A stretch of 64,000 nt of DNA from an uncultured delta proteobacterium (GTDB taxonomy: Bacteria; Myxococcota; Kuafuiibacteriia; Kuafuiibacteriales; Kuafuiibacteriaceae), in contig CAWDML010000009.1 in NCBI GenBank assembly GCA_963803435.1, positions 1,184,001 through 1,248,000 on the forward strand, given 5' to 3'. Shown here one piece after another: positions 11,952-23,419 of the stretch (the first letter of the stretch is position 1; every line of letters starts with the position of its first letter). A model generated the notes under the pieces. It had not been told where the DNA came from and ran no database searches. It worked only from the letters and a program-made list of their open reading frames with translations. Position numbers and translations under genes: made by a program.

Positions 11952-13820
11952 ATGGCCCGATCAAAGCGCGATCAGTGGCTCGAGCGCGCGAAGGAGCTGC
12001 CCGACTCGCCCGGCTGCTACCTGATGAAGGATCGGGCCGGCGACGTCGTGTACGTGGGCAAGGCGAAGAACCTGCGGAGCCGGGTGAGCTCGTACTTCCA
12101 GGAGGGCACCAGCGACTACCGGGCCTTCGTGGGAATGCTCTCGGGCGTGCTCTCGGACATCGAGACGGTGGTGACACGCTCCGAGAAGGAGGCGCTGCTC
12201 CTGGAGCGGGAGCTCATCCGGCGCCACGAGCCGCGGTTCAACATCATCTGGAGGGACGACAAGCAGTACCTCTGCCTGCGCGTGGATCCGTCGCACGAGT
12301 ACCCGTGGGTGCAGGTGGTGCGGAACATGGGGAAGGACGGCGCGCGCTACTTCGGCCCGTTCCACTCGGCGTCGGCGGCGCGGCAGACGCTGCGGGTCGT
12401 GAACCGGCACTTCAAGCTGAGGACCTGCCGTGACTCCGTGCTCTACAACCGCGCGCGTCCCTGCCTCGAGTATCAGATCGGCCGCTGCCCCGCCCCGTGC
12501 GTGTTCGAGATCGATCGGGACAAGTACAAGGAGGGCGTCGACGACGTCCTGATGTTCCTCGAGGGCAAGGGCGTCGAGCTGGTGGACAAGCTCGACCAGC
12601 GCATGTGGGGCGCGTCGGAGCGCATGGACTACGAGGTCGCGGCCCACTACCGGGATCAGAAGACTGCCGTGGAGAAGACGCTCGAGAAGCAGCAGGTGGC
12701 GTTGCCGTCGCTCCTCGATCAGGACGTCCTGGGGCTGTACCGCGAGGGCGACGACATCGGCATTGCGGTGCTCGAGGTGCGGGAGGGCCGGATCCGCAAC
12801 GTGAGCACGCAGCTGTTCGAGGGCACGGGCTTCCTCGACGCCGACCTCCTGGAGTCGTTCCTCCTCCAGCGCTACTCCTCCTCCCCCACGGAGGACGTGC
12901 CGCGCGAGGTGCTGGTGCCGATCGAGCTGCCGGGCGGGGACGCGCTCTCGGAGATCCTCGGCGAGCACAAGGGATCCCGGGTCGAGGTGAAGCAGCCGAA
13001 GCGCGGTGATCGCGCCGAGCTGATCCGGTTGGCGGCCGAGAACGCCGAGCACGGCTTCCACGAGAAGCGGAAGAAGAGCGGGGCGCTCGATCGCACGCTG
13101 ATGGGGCTCAAGGAGCGCCTGAAGCTGAGGAACGTGCCGATGCGGATCGAGTGCTACGACATCTCGAACCTCCAGAGCGCGGAGATCGTGGCCTCGCGGG
13201 TGACCTTCGTGAGGGCGACGCCCGCCAAGAACCTGTACCGCCGCTACAAGGTGCGGCAGTCGTCGCAGGACGACTTCGGCGCCATGTACGAGGTCCTCAG
13301 CCGACGCTTTGCGCGGGGGATGGCGGAGAACGATCTCCCGGACCTGGTCGTCATCGACGGCGGGAAGGGACAGCTCAACGTCGCGCGGGCGGTGTTCCGG
13401 GATCTGGGCATCGAGGGCGTGGATCTGATCTCGCTCGCGAAGAGTCGCTTCGAGGGCGACGATCAACGCTCGGACCGATCCCCGGAGCGCGTGTTCCTTC
13501 CGGCGGCGAAGGATCCGCTGGTGCTCCCCCAGAGCTCGGCGGAGCTGCTGCTGCTCGCGCGCATCCGGGACGAGGCCCACCGCTTCGCCGTGTCGTTTCA
13601 CCGCGAGCGGCGTAAACGGACCAAGCTCGAGAGCGAGCTCGAGGCGATCCCGGGCGTCGGGCCGAAGCGCCGGAAGGCGCTCCTACGGCAGCTGGGGAGC
13701 CTCAAGCGCGTGCGGGAGGCCTCGGCCGACGAGCTGGCCCGAGTGCCGGGGATCGGGCCGAAGGCGGCCGCTCGGATCTGGCGCGCCTTGCATCCGGGAC
13801 GGGCCGGAGATTCCCGATAA
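11952..13820 (+). CDS. uvrC: Excinuclease ABC subunit C
   Basis: GIY-YIG (PGCYLM...YVGKAKNLRSRV), CLEYQIGRCPAPC, ECYDISN, IDGGKGQL, RDEAHRFA, HhH repeats. Confidence 0.97.
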   Translation: MARSKRDQWLERAKELPDSPGCYLMKDRAGDVVYVGKAKNLRSRVSSYFQEGTSDYRAFVGMLSGVLSDIETVVTRSEKEALLLERELIRRHEPRFNIIWRDDKQYLCLRVDPSHEYPWVQVVRNMGKDGARYFGPFHSASAARQTLRVVNRHFKLRTCRDSVLYNRARPCLEYQIGRCPAPCVFEIDRDKYKEGVDDVLMFLEGKGVELVDKLDQRMWGASERMDYEVAAHYRDQKTAVEKTLEKQQVALPSLLDQDVLGLYREGDDIGIAVLEVREGRIRNVSTQLFEGTGFLDADLLESFLLQRYSSSPTEDVPREVLVPIELPGGDALSEILGEHKGSRVEVKQPKRGDRAELIRLAAENAEHGFHEKRKKSGALDRTLMGLKERLKLRNVPMRIECYDISNLQSAEIVASRVTFVRATPAKNLYRRYKVRQSSQDDFGAMYEVLSRRFARGMAENDLPDLVVIDGGKGQLNVARAVFRDLGIEGVDLISLAKSRFEGDDQRSDRSPERVFLPAAKDPLVLPQSSAELLLLARIRDEAHRFAVSFHRERRKRTKLESELEAIPGVGPKRRKALLRQLGSLKRVREASADELARVPGIGPKAAARIWRALHPGRAGDSR

Positions 13821-13913
13821 CTGCAAGAAGCGTGGATTGATCGTTGACTTGGTTTCCGTGAGCGCATAGGCCATGGACCCGCGCAGTCGCAAGGCGCGGG
13901 TGGCCGAGGAAAG

Positions 13914-14432
13914 ATGCGTCTCTATCGAAAGATCATCCCGAAGATTTCAAAGGAAATTGTCTCCCGGCTGAGGGGCGATGGTGACGTCGAGATCGACGAC
14001 CAGAAGCTCGAAGAAGCCGAGCTCGACGTGGCCGCCATCTTGGTCGAGTACTGTAACGCCGAAGATCGGCTCAACCAGGAGACCAAAGACGCGCTCACGC
14101 GCCGGGGCTTGTCGGCGGAGCGCTTTGCCCAGGTGAAGCGCGGACTCGCCGAGGCCCGCAGCCACAAGACCGGTGAGGAGGGCGTCGAGTACGTCATCAA
14201 TCAGATGCTCGACGCGCTCATGCACTCCCGAAATGTGGAAGAGGTCTACGCCGAAGACCACGAGATGCGGAAGAAGATCTCCGAAACCATGCGGAAGTAC
14301 TTGGGGATCGACGAGGACATCGACCGCGAGGCGCGCGGTCGTTTGAAGAACCTCCGCGAAGGCAGCGCCGAGTGGGACATCGAGTACGAGAAGATCGTCG
14401 GCCAGCTCAAGCGCGCCCGCGGTCTCGGCTGA
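13914..14432 (+). CDS. DUF507-like conserved protein
   Basis: MRLYRKIIPKISKEIV start, VEEVYAED, LKNLREGSAEWDIEY; RBS GAGGA. Confidence 0.75.
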   Translation: MRLYRKIIPKISKEIVSRLRGDGDVEIDDQKLEEAELDVAAILVEYCNAEDRLNQETKDALTRRGLSAERFAQVKRGLAEARSHKTGEEGVEYVINQMLDALMHSRNVEEVYAEDHEMRKKISETMRKYLGIDEDIDREARGRLKNLREGSAEWDIEYEKIVGQLKRARGLG

Positions 14433-14436
14433 GCCT

Positions 14437-14787
14437 CTAACCGCTGAGACGCTTCGCGAAGCTCAGCTCGTGACCGTCCGGGTCGCGCAGGTGGAAGTAG
14501 CGCTCGCCCCAGGTCGCGTCGGCCGGCACCGACTCGGGATGGAGCCCTGCGTCCACCACGCGCCGGTAGAACGCGTCGACGTCATCCACATAGACGATCA
14601 GGCGGCCCCACCAGGCCCAGGAGACGTCTCGCGGCTGCTCGATGAGGTTGAGGACCTGGGCGCCCAGCTGGCAGCTGGCGAAGCCCTCGCCGCGCCAGAC
14701 GAGCGTGAGGCCGAGCGTCCGGTAGAACTCGAGGGCCCGCTCCAGGTCGTGGGTGGCCAGGGTGATCGCGCTGATGCCTTCGAACAC
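14437..14787 (-). CDS. VOC/glyoxalase-family protein
   Basis: ITLATHDLERALEFY, YVDDVDAFY, WGERYFHLRDPDGHELSF. Confidence 0.9.
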   Translation of the reverse strand: MFEGISAITLATHDLERALEFYRTLGLTLVWRGEGFASCQLGAQVLNLIEQPRDVSWAWWGRLIVYVDDVDAFYRRVVDAGLHPESVPADATWGERYFHLRDPDGHELSFAKRLSG

Positions 14788-14871
14788 GATCCGACAATCT
14801 CAGATTTCCGTCTCGCTGGGGATCTTCTCGAGGGGACCAGGATGGTCCCTCCGTTGCTCCGCCGCTCCGCG

Positions 14872-16017
14872 ATGCGGAGCCTGGTGGCCGTCTTGATCCT
14901 CGCGGGGTGCAGCGGCGCCTCCGGCGCACGGGACGCCGAGCCCGACGCCGGATCCGCGGACGCGGGCGCCGGCGACTCCCCCGACTCGGGCGCGCCGGAT
15001 GCGGCGGGCCCTCCACCCGACGCCGGCTCGGATCCGCGCGTGCGCTGTGCGCCGGGATCGACGCTTCGAACCTACTCTCTTTCGCCGATCGCGCCGCTCC
15101 CCTCCCGCTCCGATCTCGAGCTCCCCGGTCTGCCGGCGACGGCGCAGATCATCTCCGCCGGCACGGGTCAGACGAACAGCGCGCGCTTCGACGTCTGCGA
15201 CGACGGCGCCGGCGGATCGGTGCTCGAAGAGGTGCTCTTCGTGGGCGAGACCTTCGAGACGCCGCGGCTCTATCGGGTCGACGAGACGATCAGCGCGCCG
15301 GTCGAGGAGGTCCTCCAGATCGACGAGGGGCTCGTCGTCTCGCTGCGGCTCCCGCCGGCGGACGTGGCCGTCAGCGGGCTCGACGAGGCCCTGGCCGGTC
15401 ACCTGCAGCCGCTCGAGATCCGCCTGGTGAACGACAGCGGGCTCCTGATCGTGGGGCACGACGGCTTCGTCGCCGTGGCGCGCGGGAGAGTCGGGCCCGC
15501 GAGCATCACGTACACCACCAGCTCGATCGTGGTCGGCGGCCTGACGCCCGGCGACGTGTTTGCCGGCCTCGCGTGTCACTTCGGAGAGGAAGCGCTCAGC
15601 ACCGCGTTCACCATGGGGACCGCCGACTTCGAGCTCGACGCGTGCACTTTCCAGGGCGCCGGCTTCACCGCGGGCTACCGGATCACGCGGCTCTCGGTCC
15701 AGGACTCGAACGCCGCGCTGACAGCGGCGGAGCAGGGGCGGTTCGAGCTGGTGGGGGAGGCCGAGGTCGAGGCCTCGCTGGCGTACGTCTACAACCACCA
15801 CAACGCCTGCGACTCGTTCCACCTGGCCCTGCCGCACGCGGACTACGCCGCCACCACGGCGCCGGCCGCCGGGTGCGGCGCTCCGGTACCCGACGCCCCG
15901 ATGCGGGACATCAACGAGGACTCGACGAGCCCGGTGAAGTACCGGATCCGGTATCACGGCGGGGAGTGGATGGACGGGACGATCCCGGGCTGCAGCCACT
16001 ACCTGTTCTGCCACTGA
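14872..16017 (+). CDS. Cys-containing lipoprotein of unknown function
   Basis: MRSLVAVLILAGC lipobox, DAG-rich linker, high-GC3 coding through to TGA 16017. Confidence 0.7.
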   Translation: MRSLVAVLILAGCSGASGARDAEPDAGSADAGAGDSPDSGAPDAAGPPPDAGSDPRVRCAPGSTLRTYSLSPIAPLPSRSDLELPGLPATAQIISAGTGQTNSARFDVCDDGAGGSVLEEVLFVGETFETPRLYRVDETISAPVEEVLQIDEGLVVSLRLPPADVAVSGLDEALAGHLQPLEIRLVNDSGLLIVGHDGFVAVARGRVGPASITYTTSSIVVGGLTPGDVFAGLACHFGEEALSTAFTMGTADFELDACTFQGAGFTAGYRITRLSVQDSNAALTAAEQGRFELVGEAEVEASLAYVYNHHNACDSFHLALPHADYAATTAPAAGCGAPVPDAPMRDINEDSTSPVKYRIRYHGGEWMDGTIPGCSHYLFCH

Positions 16018-16062
16018 CGCCGGCTGCGGAAACAACGTCCCCACCTCGGTCGCCGCTCCTCC

Positions 16063-16218
16063 GGCGGTCACCGTCACCGTCACGGCCACGAACCACGGTC
16101 ACGCGACACGGAGCACTGAATTCGCCTCACGGAAAACGTGCTTCGTGAACCGTGCTTCGTGAACCGTGCTTCGTGACCGAGGCCCGTGACCGCGACGATG
16201 ACGGTGACGGTGACCGCC
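16063..16218. repeat. Long imperfect inverted repeat of GTCACC/GGTGAC hexamers enclosing three 14-bp tandem copies
   Basis: GGCGGTCACCGTCACCGTCA at 16063 is the exact reverse complement of TGACGGTGACGGTGACCGCC ending at 16218; CGTGCTTCGTGA(A/C)C x3 at 16137-16178; lies between convergent genes. Confidence 0.85.
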
Positions 16219-16281
16219 CCAGGATTCGAGGCCGAGCGGGTTCGTGGGAGCCCGCGTTTCGTGAGGCCCATGGTTCGGGAG

Positions 16282-19062
<2,781 letters not shown>

Positions 19063-19168
19063 GGGCCGGCGCCTAGCACATCAGGCGTACATCAGACCAC
19101 TTCCGGCGGACAAAGGTGCGGACGGCCGAGTGACAGCGTGACGGCCATGCGGCAGCGTCGTGTCGGGC

Positions 19169-21739
19169 ATGCGAGACCGGGCTTCAGGGACCAAGGTGAT
19201 CTTCGGGTTGCTCCTCGCCGGATCGGCGTGGGTAGGCAAGGCGTGCGTCTTCTCGGACGACCCCGCGGCGCCGCCGCCGCTCCCGCTCGACGTGCCGCTC
19301 GCGGCCGGTCAGACCCGGGCCGGGCAGGTCACGAAGGCGAGCGAGCTGGTGGGGGGTGTCACCCGTAAAGCCACGGTCGGCGACTTCAAGCTCTACAACG
19401 ATCAGATCGCGGTGACGATCGGCCGGGCGGGCCTCTCCCGCGGCTACCACCCTTACGGCGGTCAGATCCTCGACGCCGACCGGGCCCGCGCGGGCCAGGG
19501 CGTCTCCTCGTTCGGTGAGATCATCACGGCGTTCGATCTGTCCGTGCTTCGCGTCGATACGGTCGAGGTGATGAACGATGGCACCAACGGTGAGCCCGCC
19601 CGCATCCGGGCCCAGGGCGAGGCCGACGTCTTCCCGCTCTTCGATGCCCTGTTCTCCAAGATCTTCGAGGCGAAGACGTACGACATGGACTGGACCGTGG
19701 ACTACATCCTCGAGCCGAGCTCCGACCACCTGAAGATCGAGCATCACCTCAAGAACCGGGGTCGCGAGGACATCGAGTTCGGGCTTCCAATCCTCGCATT
19801 CATGTTCGGCGACGGGGCCGATCCGTTCGTCTCGGGCTACGGCTTCGAGCCCCCGAGCGGCAGCGGCTCGAGCCCGTACTACGGTGCGGTGGATACGGAG
19901 GTCTCGTACCTCTACGGCCGGCCGGACGCGCGCCTCAACTTCGTCGTCACCGACTCGGGCATCGTGGTCACCGGCGCCGGAGACGGGCTGAAGCTGCGGG
20001 GTCGAGAGGAGGTCGTCATCACGCACCACCTGGTCATCGGCGACGGCAACCTCTCCAAGACCCAGGCCGCCTGGCGCCGCGCCGCCGGAGAGCCTGAGGG
20101 CGTGCGGATCCGCGGGCGCGTGGTGGACGACGCCGGCCAGCCCGTCGCCGGCGCTCGGGTGCACGTGGTGGAGAGCGCGCCGGTGCAAGCCGATCGCGAC
20201 TACGTCACCCGCGCGGTCAGCGATCCCGCCGGCGAGTACGAGCTGTGGCTCCTCGCGGGCCGCTATGACCTGCTGGTGGCGACCGAGGGCAAGGCGGTCA
20301 CGCCCAGGAAGACGATCGACGTGACGGCCGCCCAGGACGGCGTCGATCTGGTGGTCCCGCGGGTCGGCACGCTGCACTACTCGGTCAAGGACGATGCCGG
20401 TCGAGCGCTGCCGGTGAAGCTCTCGATCGAGTCGCTGGCCGGGCCCGCCGAGCAGCTCCCGGCGCGCTACGGCGAGACCCGGCAGAGCTTCGGGCTGGTC
20501 ACCACGGTGTTTGGCTACACGGGCAGCGGCGACGTCGAGATGCTCCCCGGGCAGTACCGGATCTCCCTGTCCCGAGGCATCGAGTACGAGGTCGCGCAGC
20601 CCGAGGTCCAGGTGGTCGCGGGCCAGACGGCGACCGTCGAGGCGACCCTGGCCCGCTCGGTGGCCACGCCCGGGTGGCTGACGACCGACACGCACATCCA
20701 CGCGCAGCTGTCTCCGGACTCTCCGGATCTCTATCCGCTCAAGGTGGAGGCGATGGTGGTGGAGAACCTCGAGGTACCCGTGTCGACGGAGCACGAGGCG
20801 ATCGGCGACTTCAACCCGGCGATCGCGGCGCTCGGAGTGGGCCAGTGGATGAAGGGCATCGTCGGCTCCGAGATCACGACGATGACGTACGGACACTTCA
20901 ACGCGTTTCCGCTGATCCCGAACCCGGATCTGCCGGGGAACGGGCGCGTGAGCTGGTACCACAAGGCGCCCGGCGAGACGTTCGCCGCGATCCGCGCGCA
21001 CCCGGGCGACGCCTTTCTCCAGGTCAACCATCCGCGGAGCCAGGCGATCGGCGGCTACTTCTCGGCGATGGGCTTCGACCGGGAGGCGTTCACCACGCGG
21101 CCGGAGGCGGAGTTCTCCGCCGACTTCGACGGCATCGAGGTGATGAACGGCTGCGCGGACAGCCTGGCGCACGAGCCCATCCAGGACTGGTTCGCGTTCC
21201 TCAACCACGGGATGAAGCGCTTCGGCACGGCCTCGACGGACAACCATCGAGCCGGCGGCGGCGACATGGGCCTCCCCATCACGTACGTGCGGATGCCGAC
21301 GGACGTCCCGCCGGAGGCCAACGTCGACGACTTCCGGGCGGCCTTCAAGGCCGGACATCTGACGCTCTCCTGCGGTCCGTTCGTCGAGATGAACGTAGGC
21401 GACGCAATCATCGGCGACACCGTCCCGCTGTCGGGTGAGACGATCCGGATCCACGCCCGCGTGGCGGCGGCGAGCTGGGTCGACGCCGACGCGATCGACG
21501 TCGTGGTCGACGGCCAGGTCGTGGACACGATCGCCCTCACCCGGCCGGAGGGGAGCACGGTCCTATTCGACGGCGAGATCGAGGCGCCGCTCCCGGCGGG
21601 CGCCGACGCGTGGGTGGTCCTGTCGGTGCGGGGGGACCGGCATCACGGGATCTGGGCCCGCCAGCGTCCGTCGTTCGCGATCACCAACCCGATCTTCGTG
21701 GACGGGGATCACGACGGCGCGTGGACGATGGGTCGCTGA
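19169..21739 (+). CDS. Secreted or lipid-anchored CehA/McbA-like PHP metallohydrolase with carboxypeptidase-regulatory-like beta domains
   Basis: Hydrophobic N-terminus ending GKAC; GRVVDDAGQPVAGARV; DTHIH, TEH, GSEIT...GHFN, NHP, IEVMNG, STDNH. Confidence 0.8.
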   Translation: MRDRASGTKVIFGLLLAGSAWVGKACVFSDDPAAPPPLPLDVPLAAGQTRAGQVTKASELVGGVTRKATVGDFKLYNDQIAVTIGRAGLSRGYHPYGGQILDADRARAGQGVSSFGEIITAFDLSVLRVDTVEVMNDGTNGEPARIRAQGEADVFPLFDALFSKIFEAKTYDMDWTVDYILEPSSDHLKIEHHLKNRGREDIEFGLPILAFMFGDGADPFVSGYGFEPPSGSGSSPYYGAVDTEVSYLYGRPDARLNFVVTDSGIVVTGAGDGLKLRGREEVVITHHLVIGDGNLSKTQAAWRRAAGEPEGVRIRGRVVDDAGQPVAGARVHVVESAPVQADRDYVTRAVSDPAGEYELWLLAGRYDLLVATEGKAVTPRKTIDVTAAQDGVDLVVPRVGTLHYSVKDDAGRALPVKLSIESLAGPAEQLPARYGETRQSFGLVTTVFGYTGSGDVEMLPGQYRISLSRGIEYEVAQPEVQVVAGQTATVEATLARSVATPGWLTTDTHIHAQLSPDSPDLYPLKVEAMVVENLEVPVSTEHEAIGDFNPAIAALGVGQWMKGIVGSEITTMTYGHFNAFPLIPNPDLPGNGRVSWYHKAPGETFAAIRAHPGDAFLQVNHPRSQAIGGYFSAMGFDREAFTTRPEAEFSADFDGIEVMNGCADSLAHEPIQDWFAFLNHGMKRFGTASTDNHRAGGGDMGLPITYVRMPTDVPPEANVDDFRAAFKAGHLTLSCGPFVEMNVGDAIIGDTVPLSGETIRIHARVAAASWVDADAIDVVVDGQVVDTIALTRPEGSTVLFDGEIEAPLPAGADAWVVLSVRGDRHHGIWARQRPSFAITNPIFVDGDHDGAWTMGR

Positions 21740-21743
21740 GCGC

Positions 21744-22379
21744 GTGGACGCGCCGCGCGTCTTCCTCCTCTCGCCGGCGCGGCTCGACGGCGCCCGCGCC
21801 CGTCAGATTTTTCACCCGAGGACCCTCTCTCCGCTGGCGGCGGCGCTGAGAACGCCCGAGGGCGCGCCGATCGGCGAGGTCTTCCGCTTCCTCTCCGGCC
21901 TCTATTTTCGCGGCAAGCTGGCCTACGCCACCCGGTTCGCCCGCCCGCCGTCCACCTGCTGGATCGGCAGCGGCGCCCTCGTGATCACGGCAAACCGGGG
22001 GCTGGTGCCGGCCGAGACGCGGGTGTGTCTCGAGCACCTGGAGGCCTTCGCGCAGACCGACATCCACCAGGACGAACCGATGTTCCGCGGTCCGCTCGAG
22101 CGCGACGCGGCCCAGGTCGCGCAGGCCCTCGGCCCCACCGGGGAGGCCGTGCTGCTCGGGAGCATCGCCTCGAAGAAGTACGTCGATCCGCTGGCCGGGG
22201 CGTTCGGCGAGCGCCTGCTGTTCCCGTGCGAGTTCGTGGGACGAGGCGACATGAGCCGCGGCGGTCTCCTGCTCCGCCGGGCGGACGAGGGCAGCGAGCT
22301 CACCTACGAGTCGATCGGCGGGCAGACCCGGCGGGGCACACGACCACCCAGATTGTCGCCTCGGAAACGCCCTGCCTGA
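21744..22379 (+). CDS. Conserved hypothetical protein, possibly YaaA-like fold
   Basis: GTG 21744; VFLLSPA, FLSGLYFRGKLAYA, VLLGSIASKKY, FVGRGDMSRGGLLLR. Confidence 0.65.
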   Translation: MDAPRVFLLSPARLDGARARQIFHPRTLSPLAAALRTPEGAPIGEVFRFLSGLYFRGKLAYATRFARPPSTCWIGSGALVITANRGLVPAETRVCLEHLEAFAQTDIHQDEPMFRGPLERDAAQVAQALGPTGEAVLLGSIASKKYVDPLAGAFGERLLFPCEFVGRGDMSRGGLLLRRADEGSELTYESIGGQTRRGTRPPRLSPRKRPA

Positions 22380-22426
22380 ACACCGCGATTTGGCGCGATC
22401 CCCGGGCCGAGGCTATTCTTCTTTTC

Positions 22427-23419
22427 ATGCGAAAGAAGCTCGGTGAAGCGCTGCTCGAGCTCGGCCTCATCACGCCGAGGCAGCTCTCCGAAGCGCTGGA
22501 GTTGCAGCGACGCCGCGGGCTTCGTCTGGGGGCCGCGCTCGTGCAGTGCGGACATCTCGACGAGACCCGACTGGCGAAGGTGCTCTCCGATCTGCTGCAG
22601 ATCCGGGTGGTCGATCTCTCTCGCGTCCAGCCCGACCGACAGGCGCTCGAGATGGTCAAGCACGGGTTCGCCGCGGAGAACGACCTCTTTCCCTACGAGA
22701 TCAAGTGGGAGCGAGGGCGGGCCACGCTGACCGTCGCGATGTCGGATCCGATGAACTACCGCGTGATCGACGAGCTGGGTTTCATCACCAACGCCAACAT
22801 CGAGCCGGTGCTGGCGCGACCGAGCGACGTCGACGCGGCGATCAGGAAGTACTACGGGCCGAAGCCGCCCGCCGGATACGCGCCGGTCCGCCTCGACAGC
22901 CAGGCCGGCATGCCCACGATGACGATCGTCCGGCGCGGCGGGGGTGAGGAGACGATCAACACCTCGACCGGCGAGATCGAGTCGCCGTTCATCAAGAAGA
23001 AGGACACGGACGCCCCCGCGAACGGGCCGGCGAAGCCCGGCGCGCCGCTCGACGACACCGGCGCGGTGCTGCTCACCGAAGAGGTACCGCCCGACTCACG
23101 GGTCGATGCGGTCGGTCGACCCGCGGTGCCTCCGCACCTCGCCGTCACGAACCAACCGGTCCCGCAGCGCCCGGATCGGCCCATCCCGCTGACCGCGGTC
23201 AAGCAGCGCCCGAACGTCGGGCGGGACTCGGACACCGATCCCTACTTCAACGAAGCGCTCGGCGCGCTGATCGATCGGGCCGGCGAGGCGGTCAACGCCC
23301 AGTCGTTCGTCCGGCTCGAGCGGAGGTTCTGGGCGTTGATGCGGTTGCTCGCGAAGAAAGGCATCCTCACGAACGAAGACTTCCTGCGCGAGCTCGGCGA
23401 AGAAGAAGACCTGCGCTGA
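22427..23419 (+). CDS. MshEN / GspE-PilB N-terminal domain protein without an ATPase domain
   Basis: KLGEALLELGLITPRQLSEALELQ-RRRGL-RLGAALVQCGHLDE tandem MshEN-like motif; LTVAMSDP; low-complexity tail; ALMRLLAKKGILT C-terminus. Confidence 0.82.
   Translation: MRKKLGEALLELGLITPRQLSEALELQRRRGLRLGAALVQCGHLDETRLAKVLSDLLQIRVVDLSRVQPDRQALEMVKHGFAAENDLFPYEIKWERGRATLTVAMSDPMNYRVIDELGFITNANIEPVLARPSDVDAAIRKYYGPKPPAGYAPVRLDSQAGMPTMTIVRRGGGEETINTSTGEIESPFIKKKDTDAPANGPAKPGAPLDDTGAVLLTEEVPPDSRVDAVGRPAVPPHLAVTNQPVPQRPDRPIPLTAVKQRPNVGRDSDTDPYFNEALGALIDRAGEAVNAQSFVRLERRFWALMRLLAKKGILTNEDFLRELGEEEDLR

Noticed and set aside
16137-16178. Possible mini-CRISPR or iteron set
   Set aside because: Three contiguous 14-mers with no spacers and no rep or cas gene; treated as part of the hairpin.
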